DNA of 64,000 bases from Marsupella aquatica. Taxonomy: Eukaryota; Plantae; Marchantiophyta. Shown one piece after another: positions 50,923 through 64,000 of the stretch. The notes under the pieces are model-generated. The model was not told the DNA's origin and did no database searches. It saw only the letters and a list, made by a program, of their open reading frames with translations. Position 1 is the first letter of the stretch; every line of letters begins with the position of its first letter. Location of the stretch: the NCBI GenBank assembly GCA_973895155.1, contig OZ316898.1:12985659-13049658 (forward strand), given 5' to 3'. The translations under genes and the position numbers were made by a program.

Positions 50923-51625
50923 GTAGGTAAACTTTGCTTGAGGGAGAATCAGTCGCGCATTACGCAAATGCTCGATGTTTGCATTGCAACGGTGAATTAG
51001 TTTAGAGCAGCTAGGCTGAGAAGTTGCATCATGCCAGATGATTCAATTGTAATATAGTCTTGTGCAGATCATACATCAAGCTGTTAGTGTTTACCGCCAC
51101 GTCGTTACTTTCCTTTTTTAGCTGAATGCATCAGCGTTTTGAGCACAGCTTCGAAAGTCCTTTCCTAGAGGCTCGATGCGAACTTGGAAGGATTGCCCTT
51201 GCATTGAACCTGGCCTAGATTACAAGTTTAGTCAAACTAGTTAAACTGCAATTTCATGAAAAGGTACACCTTCGCTCCAGTTTTTTTAGGCCCATCTCCT
51301 TACAGGGACAAAATATAGACGAAAGCGTTGCACAGTATAAAGCAACAGATATTAATGTAGTGAAATTCGAGCACCAAAGTTTGGAGATTGAGGCGCTCTA
51401 CATGCATTTCTCTATGTTAGATTCGAATTGCAAAGTGATCAGTTGTCTTCTTGTGTTTGACATGACCGCAAAAGAAGGTTTTAGGATCATAAAATTGCCA
51501 GTCTTCCAGACGTGCTATACCACATACCCTTGAATGTATGCCCTCGACTCTGCTATCGTATAGGGACGAACTAATACAGTGCATTCAAAACGTTTGTCGA
51601 GCATCTTAGTTGATTGGATAGAGGA

Positions 51626-51712
51626 CATATATTTGGCTGGTTTACTTGAGTTCTATGCACATGGACACACATATATTTGGCTGGTTTACTTGAGTTCTAT
51701 GCACATGGACAC
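51626..51712 (+). repeat. Near-perfect 44-46 bp tandem duplication
   Basis: CATATATTTGGCTGGTTTACTTGAGTTCTATGCACATGGACAC twice. Confidence 0.85.
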
Positions 51713-52229
51713 GATGGTAGACACAGTCACCACTCTGATTAGAGTCTTAAGATGATATTTAGGTATTTGCTATGATCATGCTAAGAATGAGGAGGTATTT
51801 GCTTGATCGACCCCCAAAATGAAACTTGTTACTTGGTCAACCTCTTGAGGTATATCAATGGTCCAGATCTGAGATCAAAAGGTCCATCAACAAAGGTCCA
51901 TCAACGGTCCAGATTGGAGATTGATTAAGCAAACTTTTTCCATAAGGGGGTTTACTAAGCATATCTCTCTCAAGAATGAGCCTCCTGCTAACAAAGAGTG
52001 ACCACTGTGATCAGAGGCTAATGATTATCATCACTTGCTAAAAATGAGTAACCACTGTGGTCACAGGCTAAAGACGATAGACACTGGGACCACCATTGAT
52101 CACAAGCTAAAAGTGAGTAACCTTAAAAAAAATCCTTCCAAGCGGTTTTCTTAATCCAGAAAACACCACATTCAAAAAATGAACAACCTAACAAAATCTG
52201 GCAAGTTGGATGAAGCTGACATCTGCTCC

Positions 52230-52632
52230 ACTAGAGTAAAAATGAATCAATGCGAAATTGCTTACCCAGGAAATACAAGGTGAGTTATTTCATACTCTCC
52301 GAATGGACGAACAAGATGTAGCTGATCCCTACTCCTCTAGAGCTAAAAATGAATAACTGAGAGCAAGCTTAACCCAGAAAATACAAGATGAGTTATTTCC
52401 TCCTCTCCTAGAACCAAAAATGAATATTAACTGAGAAAATGGTTAACCCAGAAAATACAACGTGAGTTTCCTCCTCTCCCAGTGGACTATGCTAGATGAA
52501 ACTTTTCCTCCTCTCCTAGTGAGCGAAGCAAGATGAAGCTTCTGTCTACTTCTCTAGAGCTAAACATGAATAACTGAGAAAATGTTTAGCCCAGAAAATA
52601 CAAGGTGAATTGTTTCCTCCTCTCCATGGACG
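52230..52632 (+). repeat. Degenerate tandem array, ~75-140 bp units, 4 copies
   Basis: CTAGAGCTAAAAATGAATAACTGAGAAAAT...CCCAGAAAATACAAGGTGAGTTATTTCCTCCTCTCC recurring at ~52231, ~52337, ~52408 and ~52554. Confidence 0.75.
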
Positions 52633-54473
52633 ACACTGGTCTCGACTCCTGTAAGCTAAGTAAGTTTGTACTCTTCTGAACTGTGGGTGACTTTGGGGAA
52701 AGCACCTTTCAGGAGGGCTAAACACAGTTTCCCCCACTAGCTAATGTTGACATCAAGCAAGAACTTGCCTCGGAACTCAAATCAAAATGATGGTTGACTC
52801 AACCCATTTCGGCCACTTGACATATAACTCTCCTCTTTTGGTAGTTCTCAGCCTAAAGTAAGCGTTGCTGAGTTCTGTGAGCCCACTGATTTCCTTCCAC
52901 TATCCTTCACTCTGTGCAACACAATTTTGGTACCTACTTCTCTTTGTTACAAACCCACTTCATGTATCTTATTTAACAAATGTTCTGCCATATGTGGTTA
53001 CTATGGAAGAAGGGGATGGTTTGTACTGTACTAAAATATATTCCACTTGAAAAAGAGATACCATCACCAAGATCAGTGTATCCTAATAACTTTTCAAATT
53101 GATTGTCATGGAGGAATTGATATCATCACCAATTTCAGTCCCCATAACCACCTCATACTACGTGTCACCTTAGACTACAATGTCAAGGGTGCATTGTAAA
53201 GATATAATACCCCACAAGTGAGGGCATTAGCCCAAGTTTTGAGCTATTATTGCCTATAATGTCATGATGACAAAGAGTTAATAGACTTGATTCCTGAAAT
53301 ACTTATCACTCCTACTATTTTTTATTCTGATTCACCCAAATTTCATGCAAGTTACATTTTACCAAGAGACAAGTCAAGGACAAATCTCAAAATTCCTTTG
53401 CAAGTGTGTGATGGGCATTCTCGTGATTTGTCCCTTGGTATTTTTCCAGGGCATTCTGGAAGCATATTGCTCCAGTCAAGATCTGGATCACCTCTTTAGG
53501 AAGATTCTCCTTTACGTTTACTAAATTTAGAAAACAGGAAAATCTCTCAGACCTTCAAGCGTAGTGAGGTCCTGTTTACTGGAGCATATCCCATAAGTTT
53601 AGAGGAGCCAAAGTTTAGAGGAGTCAACAAGTCCTCCTGGGATATAATTGCATTTATGGGATATATGAGATTTGCATTTATTGAATTTCTTCTCAAAAGA
53701 TATTTGGTCTGGAATGGTCAAATGGAAAAATGGTCCCTTTAGTGAAGTAGCCAAAGTTTGGAAATGTTTGGACCATCTCATGTAGTCTAAAATTTTGAAC
53801 AAAGTAAGCACATCAGCATTGCCTTAGGCAGATTGCTTGCCATCCATGATCAGAGACATCATACCTGAATGGGCCTCTGAGCTCTTGTAGAGCCAATTGC
53901 AGTCATTTCCACCCATTATCTGCTCCAGATTTGAAAAATACCCTCACAATGCTTTCTGTTCTGGTCAAATTTCTTCACTTTTAACTATTTTGCCGGCTGG
54001 TCTATTTGTTAGTGTGTTTCTGGTGGGAAGAAGCTGGGAGTAATTGTAGTGAAAGCTAGGAACCATGGTGGTCCTAGACAGGATTTTTAGGGTACAAACC
54101 ATCTTCCATCTTCTCCCCAGGAGGATCGAGAAAGAGGACTGCAGACTGCCAGATGGAAACTGCTGACAGCTGACATAAAATCCAATTGTTTTCTCAAAAG
54201 ACAAGAATGAGCCTAACCTGTTTAATGAGGCCATAACCCTATTATCAGCTTGATGGACTCAGTCAACCCAGCTCTGATACGGCAGAGAGAAATAGTGGAG
54301 TTAGTGAGATTATTTCTCTAATTAACCAATTAACTCTACTATTTCTCCAAACTCAAACCCAAATGCAATGTTCTTTCCTTCTTGGCCCGTCCAGAATCCT
54401 TCACACTCAAAGGAGGCAATTGAGTGAGTCTTGGAGATGTTTTTCCGATCTTACTCTAATCAAAGTCTTGTAC

Positions 54474-54552
54474 AGTGAAGCCATAAACCATACTTCACCT
54501 ACTTAGTAGAGTGAAGCCATAAACCATACTTCACCTACTTAGTAGAGTGAAG
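54474..54552 (+). repeat. 36 bp tandem duplication
   Basis: AGTGAAGCCATAAACCATACTTCACCTACTTAGTAG twice, followed by AGTGAAG. Confidence 0.85.
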
Positions 54553-55311
54553 CGACAGGCATGAGTGAGAGTCGAGAGCCTTCCTGTGCATCAGAGTGAG
54601 GATTGGGAGCCATTCTGTGCATATGCATGGGGAGTAAGGGCTGGAGGTCTTGGTACAGGAAGCCCTCCGTATGGGTATTCGGGGCTAGTATTTGAAATGG
54701 AGTGTCATTGAGAGCTGATGCAAGCTAAACGATTTTGGTTACCATCTACTTGAAAGCGAACATGATTAAAATCATTTCTGTACGAAGAATGATGACAGTC
54801 TCATTGCGCTGGAATGTGCGCTGGAATGTAGGTATTTCAATTCAGAAAGACATCCGCTGGGTTTAAATCTCTCGAACATGAAGATTTAGTCCTTGGCACA
54901 TGATATCAATACCAACAGACTCGAGTATCAGTTGTGCGTGATTTTCGGGAGAGAAGATAGCATTTGAGGTTCACATTTGCGTTCCTTGAGAAGGGCATTC
55001 TGCAGAGATGTCTTATTTCATATCTGCTAATTGATTGATTTTTGGGTAGCCCCGCATCTTAGCGACCAAGGCAGTGTGGACCACAGCACAGAACGATAAA
55101 TCTCTATATCATAGCTGGGACTTCAGGATCTGAAGTCCTGGTCAGGGAAGTTTACATTCACGCTTTGCTTTGATGCACACCGAGCTTCCACGCACTGCTG
55201 CAGCAGATCATCACAACCTTTAATCTGGATATTTTTTGTGCTTCCAACGCCCAATGACATTTTGGACCTGTTGTCACAGCCAACCTGTGCACGGATCCCT
55301 GACCCCATCTG

Positions 55312-58300
55312 TTAGACGTCTCCAGTACAAGCCTGTCCGACTATAATCCCAGTACACCTCTCTAAATCCCTCTACAATGCTTCATTGGAATAAAAAAAAA
55401 CAAAGGCTCCCCTTTCGATGTGATTACAAAACTTCCAACTCTGTAATGTACCAGAGGGTCTCATAACTGACAGCCAAATTCTAGCTACTGTAATGACATC
55501 CTCATATTATAACGTAATTTGAAGTCACCTGGTAACATAGCATATCTCTATGGAACATCCTCTAGAGCCCAACACAATTGGGTTTGCGGTAAAATTATCC
55601 CTGCAGAGCATTCCAATCAAGTGTATCTCATTAGAAGTACATCGGTGTTATAATCAGGCACACTTCATCGGTGTACTTATCAGAGCTGCTCCCGAGCCAG
55701 AATCAAGTTCAAGCAATACCCTCACTATGAAAGGCAGAATATGAACGGCAGAAACCAAGATGCTCTACTTTACTGCCATTAATGTGTATCTAGAGCCACA
55801 GTAAATGCGATAATGTGCATATAGAGCCACATTAAGTCCTACCGCAACTCGAGCAAAAACCAAATCCGTATAAATTACCTCTTCCATCTCATCTGTGTTT
55901 TCTGTCTCTTCCAAGACAGGACCATCTGTGGGTACAGCAACTTTCCGTAGCTCCGCATCTCCTGTAAGGACCAAATCTGCAGGCAGCTGACCAGTCTTCA
56001 AAGCCTGTGATTTCATCAAGATCATCGTTAGTCACACCACTAGCAGAACTTGCGAGGCAGATACATACATCCACTAGAGGAAGTCCTGCAGAAATAATCA
56101 ACAATCGTTTTGGCAGACAAATCCTGGAAACTACCTGCATTAAATCATTTCAGGCAAAAACCAATACACACAATTGAGCCACGAACCTTTTCCAGTCTTG
56201 CAACTTCTTCAAGCGTTTGTGAATTGGCAATAGCAGCCTGCAATGAATGCCAAGTTAGACTTCCCATTTATCATTTGAGTGAAAGACTGTCATCTAAGAG
56301 TATCCTACTGTTATCAGATTCAGACGCTGGAACCTCAACCACGACCACAAAATAGATGAAAAACTGAATACAAGATATACAAGAAAAAGAGCCAAGACTG
56401 CCGGTTGAATTGAGTTCTAACCTTGATAGCAAGCATTTGTTCAGGTGTAGGTCCTGTCCGCGGGACCTCCACTGGTTCTACTGGCTCCGCCGGTACAACC
56501 TCACCTGGGACAAATGTTTTGGCTGGTATCTTCTTGGCCTCTGCCTCTGCTTCTTTAGTTCCAAATTTCTGTTTGGCTTCCTGTCGCTCCTGCTCACCAA
56601 CAACTTACGAGCCTGTGAGATAAGTGGTCAGGGTGGGAGGACACTAAATGACTACGCTACAAGGAAGACGTCTCGGCTTTAACCACACGTGATTTAAGTC
56701 TCCTTTAGGCCCACAACCTCCTTCCTCCGGCTCAACAGAGATGCCATTGGCACGTGTTGCCTGCACAGTACGCCATTTGTAGCTGCAATCAATGATTCAC
56801 ACCTGGGATATCTATCCTCGTACATTCTGTATTCTGATAAACACCCAGTTAATTAATGCGACTTCCATTTGAATAGCATCCGACAAGCGGATAGGGTGTT
56901 GGTGTGGTCAGGATGGACATAAGCCGTCTTCGTACATTCCAACCTTTCGAAGTAAAGTGAAGAAAGCCTTGTAGACCCTGACATGAGCTAACAGCTGGCC
57001 ATGAATAAGCCAAGGAAAGGACTAGCAAATCCAAAGCATGAATGAAACCATGCTTAATACATCGCAAAGTAACACAGAGGTGCATAATTATGTGCGCGCC
57101 GCTGCGCCATATCCGGGAGAGGCGAGGTACAGGGTTGTGCACATCAGTTACAAACAGTTAAAAAACCCAGAATTTGTAACAGCAGTGACTCCGGGTGCTT
57201 TTGAGTGAATCGAAGTTACCTTAGCTTTCACTTTCTTGAAGTCAAGAAGCCGAAGCTTCGGAAGCTTGTGGATGACAAATAGACGATAATTGGGCAGCTT
57301 GGTGACATTGTTGTCAAGTAGACTTAAGTTATGCAGATTTGCAATAGACGCAAGTGGCTCGAGATCCACCAGATTCACAAGTCGATTGTTTGTGAGGATA
57401 AGAGTCTGCAATTTTGGCAAGCTGGCTGCATACCACATCCCGGAGAAACAAACAACATCAGACTTGAAAACAGGCACTCCATGTAGTATAAACCGTCCAA
57501 ACGAACGGCAATAAAGAATAATCATAAAGCATCACAGTAAGAACAGGGAAAAAATGACAGATGAAACTCCGAAACGCCAGAGACGGTACTGCAGATTTAC
57601 TTATGGGTATTACAAACTTACCTCCAATATTTGGATGAATGCGAGCTATTCTGTTGTTGTTTACAAGAAGTGTGCTCAAGCGCTTAAGATACGGAAAGCT
57701 ATCTAGCTTCACGATTTCATTGTCAGACAGATCAATGCTGTCATACTGATCCTGCAAGTACAATTATTGGAGTATTATTGGAGTGCACTTCAGACAGAGG
57801 AATGGCACGAGCGTCAGACCTACTAAATTCTTATCAATCTCTGAGTAAAAGAGAAGGAGAGAAAGGTCGTAAGACAGGATACCTCAGTCGCCCCGAGATT
57901 CTCGACGGCAGAAATCTTGTTACCTGGAATTTAAGTTGATCAATGTCAGTAAGACGCCCCAATGATGATACACATCGGTAGTTAGTATCAAATGGAAAAT
58001 ACAACACTGCCCTGGCTCTGAGGATAACTTCTACAACTATCCTTGTGCAACGTATAATCACCTCCCAGAGGTAAGAGTCTCTCTGTTTCCGAGTCGTTTC
58101 TCACCACTGGGAAACCCTAATTTCAATAAGAACGACCTTTCATACAGCTTGTACAATATAACTTTGCAACAAGTATAGCTAGCATTCAATGTGTTGTAGG
58201 TCAACTTCACGTCTGAAGCTCAGGAGAAAGCTGACCAAATATCTAGTCAAAAGTTAGGCACCGTCAGGCAAAGATGTCAAGTTTCCACAACATTCATCTT

Positions 58301-58484
58301 GCCTCAGCTATAAACCCTACAGAAGCAAGAACGAAATGGAAAAACCATGGTCGAATTTGTTTGTGTGAATGGACTGCCAGGCTGTGGATTTGAGTAACAT
58401 ACCCCTAAGATCCAGTTCTCGCTCTCGGACGGCATTGAAGTACTGCGGTGACCGCAAAATCAAATCCGCGGTTAATCTCACCAT
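55312..58484 (-). CDS. SNRPA1: U2 small nuclear ribonucleoprotein A' (U2A', LRR protein)
   Basis: Exons 58484-58403 (MVRLTADLILRSPQYFNAVRERELDLRG), 57923-57883 (NKISAVENLGATE), 57751-57622 (DQYDSIDLSDNEI), 57425-57220 (LILTNNRL..YRLFVIHKLPKLRLLDFKKVK), 56589-56422, 56237-56187 (AAIANSQTLEEVARLEK) and 56004-55879, plus a tentative last exon 55332-55312. All introns are GT-AG and phase-compatible. Confidence 0.95.
58112..58120 (+). promoter_or_regulatory. Telo-box in U2A' intron 1
   Basis: AAACCCTAA; a second AAACCCTA lies at 58312. The motif is typical of plant housekeeping genes for translation and RNA processing. Confidence 0.35.
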
Positions 58485-59356
58485 CGTAACGTAGCTCTTT
58501 CGAGCGCCTCCACCTCAGATTTCAAATTGGGAGGTCTCTTTTCCCGCCAGTACCATCAGCTTCGCTTCCTTCGCGAATCCGTCTCCATCAAGGCATATAA
58601 CCTTTCCCCAAACCCGTCTCCAGCCACCTCCGGGCCCGCAAGCCTAAAAACCTAAAATCTCAGAAATAGCGTAGCACAGAAAACCACATTTCAGCCACGA
58701 CAGAAACTAACACAGTGGAACAGGAAACGCGGTCCCAGTCAAATTCTCCACCACAATGCGTTCACGGACAGAACGCCAACCTTCTAAGAAAGCCGCCAGC
58801 AACGAAGATCACCGCACGCTAAGCAGGCAAAAGCCCTTGTCCCAGAGCCGGTAAACCCCGAGCGACAACCCAAAAACAAAGCAATGCCAATACGAAATCC
58901 TACCAGCCCCCCTCAGTAGCTAAGCCCACGCACGCACGCACGCACGCACTAGCCAAACGAAACTGTGGCAAGAGCAGCAGCAGCACGTCTTGTCTACCAA
59001 TAAAAACTACTGGTCGAGGAAAAAAAAGGATCAGCGGCACGGAACGATCGCGACCACCATACGATGCGATGAGAGGATCGATTGCAAGGACTCGGGCAAC
59101 AAAGCGAGCTCAATGCCGTGCACTCATGCAAAGGACTCGAGCAAAAAACAGGAAGCGGAAATCCGGAACATCAAAGAACGCCGCAGTGCAGGAGAATGCC
59201 TCACCTGAGTAGCAGAGTAGTGTGATTCGCTCGAACGCAAACGGCATCGGAACGGGCTGAGGGAGTCTTCTTCTTACATGCCTGTCGAACTCTCTTCTCA
59301 GTGCTTTTGGTTTCGGTTCCACGAGTTAAACCTTCGTGCCCCCATAATCACAAACA

Positions 59357-59744
59357 AGCTTTTTATTAACCTGTCCCGCACACTACCCAATACTGCTAAT
59401 ATGCCCCACAAAATAAAAATAATGATCAACCGGCCTCCCGTTTTGTATTCGGGTTAGTATTAATTTGTGGCCGGGTTCTCGTTGCCATTTGGCTACGCTT
59501 AATCCATCTTGGACCCCTTTCTCCCCTTTTCCCTTCCCCGTTGCAGCCCTGCAACGGGGAAGCGGGGCGGATGGGAGTCGCAGTCGGTTAAAGCTAGCCA
59601 ATGATGCCTTGCCACATGGCAATGGGAACCCAGTCTCAAGTTAATACTAACCAGTATACAAAGTCGGAGTAGGTTGATAATTAATTTTGTTCGGGGGTAT
59701 GTTAGTAATATTGGGTAGTTTGGGGGACAGGTGAGTAAAAAGCT
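59357..59744. mobile_element. Foldback/MITE with ~150 bp imperfect terminal inverted repeats
   Basis: AGCTTTTTATTAACCTGTCCCGCACACTACCCAATACTGCTAAT...GGTTAGTATTAATTTG..GGGTTCTCGTTGCCATTTGGC (59357-59492) pairs with 59610-59744. TCACAAA occurs just outside both ends. Confidence 0.75.
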
Positions 59745-59929
59745 GTAGTCACAAATGTTGGGTTTGCACTCCTCTTAAACTCCAGGGGTACCCTTTGCCC
59801 CTGCATAGTAACAGTGCATGACATTCTCATTGGCTCTAAATGTAACTCATACATTTGAAATATGGTGTACACCTTGCATACGGTGTATTTGGGGCCCCAG
59901 GGGTGTCAGAGGGAGTGATCATACTCCCT

Positions 59930-61290
59930 GCCCCTGGCCCATGGATCCTAGCCCTATTAGGTGCCACAAGCAAAACCTCTGTACCCCCATAAACACAAAT
60001 GTTGGTTTTGGATATGAGAGAAGGCTCCATGCCTCCAAAAACACAAATGATGGATATGGATAATGAGACCAGATGGCTCCATGCTCCCATAAACACAAAT
60101 GAGGGTTCTGAATAGTGAGACCAGATGGCTCCATGCCCCATAAACACAAAGGTGGGTTCTGGATACTGAGATGACTCCTTGCCCCCCATGGACACAAAGG
60201 TTGGTTCTAGATATTGAAAGAGATGGCTCCATACCCAGGAACACATAGGTGGGTTTTGGATAGTGAGACCAGACCTAAATGGTTACTGAGACCTGACAAA
60301 AATGTTGGTTCTAGACACTCCGAGGACTCCTTTGTCCCCAGGGACAGAAAGGTTGGTTTTGGATATTGAAAGGAGATGGCTAAGGGTTTAGGGAACATAA
60401 ATAGCATTGGGAGATGGCGTAGGGTTAGGGAAGAGAAATCGCATCGGACTTGAATGAGTTGAGGGAGTTTTCTTGCAAGCCCCTTTCAGTCTCTACTGTC
60501 CTTTGGCTTAGGTTCTGCAATTAAAATCTCCGTGGCCCCATAGACACAAATGTTGCTTGCGGATATTGAGACCAGATGGCTCCATGGCCCCATAGAAACA
60601 AATGTTGGTTTTGGATGGTTACTCAGATGACTCCATGCCCCATGGACACAAAGGTTGGTTTTGGATACTGAGAGGAGATGACTTAGGGTTTAGGGAGATG
60701 GATGTGGGAACAACATCAGAAAAAAGTGGGTCAAGGAAGTCTTCTTATCCCCCCCTCTCACTCGTTCTGTCCTTTGGTTTGGGTTTCGCGAGTTAAACCT
60801 CTGTGGCCCCATAGACACAAAAGTTGGTTCTGGATACTGAGATGACTCCTTGCAAGCATGGACACTAAAGGTTGGTTCTGGATACTGAGAGGAGATGGCT
60901 TAGGGTTTAGGGAAGAGAAATGACACTTGAACCAAATGGGTTCAGCAAGTCTTCTTACAAGCCCCTCTCACTGTCTTCGCTCCTTTGGTTTAGGTTCCGT
61001 GAGTAAAACCTCTGTGACCCCATGGACACAAAGGTTGGTTCTGAATATTGAGACCAGATGGATTCGTACCCCCATATGGACAAATGTTGGTTCTGGATAC
61101 AAACATGAGATGGGTCTGTGCCCCATGGACACAATCAGGATACTGGTATGAGATGGCCTTGTGCCCCTCATGGACACCAAGGTTGGTTCTGTGGGATGAG
61201 ATGACTCATTGCTCAAATGAGATGGCTTAGGGTTTAGGGAACGGAAATGACATTGGGAGATGGCATAGGGCTTAGGGAACATAAATGTGC
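59930..61290 (+). repeat. Complex higher-order tandem array with ~50-55 bp subunits and telomere-like motifs
   Basis: Subunit GAGACCAGATGGCTCCATGCCCCATRGACACAAAKGTTGGTTYTGGATAYT recurs about 20 times. It is grouped into ~220-330 bp units that each contain GGCTTAGGGTTTAGGG (~60380, 60682, 60900, 61227). Confidence 0.85.
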
Positions 61291-62379
61291 AGGGTAGCCC
61301 ATTCAAGGGGTAGCCCATCCCCAAGAGGGGGTAACAGGATGTAATCCCAGAGGGCTGTGAGCATTAGAGGCTATGATAGCACAACAAAACTTGAGCTAGA
61401 CTCTCATTTTGGGGGCATTATGGCCCACAATGTCCTGTTACCAGGGAGTTACTATGTACTAGTGAGATCCAGTCAAGATTTGTCTCGTTGCATATCCTTG
61501 TACTTTATGCAATAATGCCCATTAGATGCGATGCAAGGGCATTTTCAAAATTTGTCTTCTACCTATCTCTAGGTAAAGAAAGTGAAATCTGAAGTGGCAT
61601 GAAATTTGGGTTTGTCGTCAAGTGTGAACAAAGTAGAAACAGAATAAAATATAACATGAGGGAAAAATCTTTCAGGGTTTAAAGTGTTTAAAGTAAGTGT
61701 ACCTACTAGGGCATCAGAGGCAATAATTGCTCCTCTGAATTTGGGCTGTAGCCTTTATTTGAGGGCCATCATAGCTCACAATAAGACTTTCATGAGTGTT
61801 GGCTTTGTATTTACTACAATATGTATTCTCTACAACACATTTGAAGAAGGGAATTATGCAATGACCCATCAATTTAGACATATGTAACTACCTGTGCAAA
61901 AGTCTTACTGCATAAAACAGCGAAGTGGCCCAAAATCTTGGCATTTTAACTTCTTCATTCTAATTCCAGGGATTTTACTTTTTTTTTTGTTTTTCCAAAA
62001 CTCACTAAGTTCTTGTGGAAGTTAACTTTCTATCTATAGGCACTTTGAGCCATAATGACCGCTCAAAGTTGGGCTGAAGCCCTTGTTGGGGGCACTATAT
62101 CCCATAAGGCTCTCTAACAAAGACATTATCCTATTTGTAAAACCCTTGTGAATCTTTTGTTGTATTTTCATTGAAGACTATTGGCCACAACCCCCGACAA
62201 CAAGATTTCTTGATTTAAATCTCTTTGTTATTGGCATGAATCAAGGAGGTGATTACTCCTAAGTGCCACAGCTCATAACCTCCTCTAGCCCATGGGTTAT
62301 CCTTCTACCGTTTGGGATCAAGGTATCCCAAAATATCTTGAACAAGGTATCCCAAAAGAACTATAAATAATGTTTCAGG

Positions 62380-62855
62380 TAATAATGTTTAGGGACTTCC
62401 TACCAACAAGCCAGTTGCATGGAAATTGTAGCCCAGATGTACCTCCACACAAACTGCTCCAACAGACTTTTGCAACCCAGATGGGATTTTTGATATGTTA
62501 GGCTCTCGGAAAGACCTTTCCAACCCATTTCTAAATAACTCCTAAAAATCAGATTCCATGTCAAGGATCGTTACTTAAAACTTTTGGAAATGCAAAGTGT
62601 GGACATTGAGTGATGGACTGATCTTTAGAAATTCATAACTCTCTCAATATTGATGAAAAAATATATATTAAACTAGTTGGACAGATATTTCCAAGCCCCT
62701 TATAAGTAGCCCAAAAAGAACCACTTAGGTTAAATATCATGAGAGATATTGAAGCTCAAACTTTCCCATTCAAAACATTTCAAAAACAAGAAGGGTGTTC
62801 AAGGTCCATTGGGGTTCCACAGTTCATGGGCGGAGTCCATGGGAGCATTATTGTA
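62380..62855 (-). repeat. Second copy of the repeat family at 33405-33860
   Basis: Reverse-complement similarity as described for 33405-33860. Confidence 0.55.
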
Positions 62856-62939
62856 CTAGAAGTTTTCATATTTGAGTTTCTTTATTGCACAACCTTTCCC
62901 GTCTAAATGTTGACATTCTATACCACAAACTTTGTTCCC

Positions 62940-64000
62940 AAGCAAGCCACGGCGCAGGTCTCGCCGGCAGGACAGTCCCGGCCTCTTTCCTGTCCCGGCC
63001 TCTTTCCCACCAGCACCGGGGAATTCGCTCCCTTCCCGGTCCCGTTCGCCCTCTCGGGTACCATTTCCCGGCGACTTTTCTGGACTCTTCCGACTCGTTC
63101 TTTCAAGCCTAGCCGCCGGGAAGTTTACCCGGCCCGTCCTGTTCTCTCTGTATCGCTCTGTTCTCTCTGTTTCTCTCTGTTTCTGTGTCTCCCGATTCGA
63201 TTGTTCAGACTCCGGAACTCGGGATTGATTTGTTGATTCAATTCGGGAGAGCAATGCCAACAATCGAGCGTTCAGGTGACGACATTCGCTGATGCGCTCC
63301 TCTGATGAGATGAAAGGTCTTTCCCTCGCTCTCGACTAGCTTCGTCGTCTCTGTACTACTACTGTGCGCTGCTGCCCAACTTTCTGTGTCTCTCGTTTGC
63401 TCTGTTTTCTTGGTTTGGCTTTGTGTGCTCTGCTTTTCTGTGACGCTTTTCGAGGTTTTCTATGGCTCTCGCGTGCTCCTCGAAGCTTCCGGAGTGGAGC
63501 TGGTGTGACTTGGAGATGAATTCTTCTGTGATCGTTCGTTGTGTTGTTTGTTGGGAGCCTTCAACGCTTTCCACGCTGGCTGGCTGCCTCCCTGCCCGAC
63601 CTCCCTCCCGCCCCCTACACTACTAGAGCAGTGCAGTAGCGTGGCCGTGTGCGTGCATGTTTCATTGCTGCTCTCGTTTCGTAATTCTGGCAGTGGCAAC
63701 GATGGTGGTGATGAGTTTTTCACGCGGTGCAGGCCGTTGGCGTGGTGCGAGGTCCTGGGATAGATAGTTTTCGCTTCCGTTTCGGTGGTTCTGCTGCCTC
63801 GGCTCCTGATGCTGCAAGAAATTACGTGGATCGGTAGGTCGACTTGCTCGCTCGCTCGTTCGTTCGCCCGTCCCCGTGGTCGAGGACTTGAATGTGATGC
63901 CGGTGGGTGATATTGTGGTGGTTTCGGGGGAGAATGGTGGTGGTTTCTTCTCGGCTCAACATTGTTACTGTTACTGAAGCTCTAAAGGGTCTTCTTGTGC
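62940..64000 (+). other. Probable promoter/5' UTR of a gene continuing beyond the window
   Basis: GC-rich, CpG-retaining segment with CT-rich tracts (63140-63190) and a candidate donor CG/GTAGGT at ~63834. No recognisable protein motif. Confidence 0.35.

Noticed and set aside
53100-54285. Degraded LTR-retroelement internal region (PBS-like GCTCTGATAC at ~54271)
   Set aside because: The PBS is incomplete and I found no LTR or convincing gag/pol motif.
63295-63345. Hammerhead ribozyme core CTGATGAG
   Set aside because: There is no stem II followed by GAAA and no stem III with an NUH cleavage site.

Overview
Repeat-rich land-plant nuclear DNA, probably from a non-seed plant (inferred from a type-D LTP, an intronless TAL and a CRE-type retroelement). 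There are four host genes: a two-exon non-specific lipid transfer protein (+, 1986-3117), a ~15.5 kb multi-exon kinesin-7/CENP-E-like gene (-, 25483-10027), an intronless plastid transaldolase (+, 49594-50922) and U2 snRNP A' (-, 58484 to ~55312). Between them lie a decayed lectin-receptor-kinase pseudogene, a calmodulin-like fragment, a nearly intact CRE-type (RT + restriction-like endonuclease) non-LTR retrotransposon, a full-length Ty1/copia element with TSD, solo LTRs, tRNA-derived repeats, a foldback element and several tandem arrays. The most notable result is the kinesin. Manual splicing gives an open, cleanly spliced motor domain with an intact P-loop. However, switch I (NxxSSRSH to NDCRRRSH), switch II (DLAGSE to EVVAAH) and the microtubule-binding motifs are all replaced. 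This makes it a candidate catalytically dead 'pseudo-kinesin' fused to a giant, internally duplicated coiled coil. All calls come from manual reading; no searches were run.
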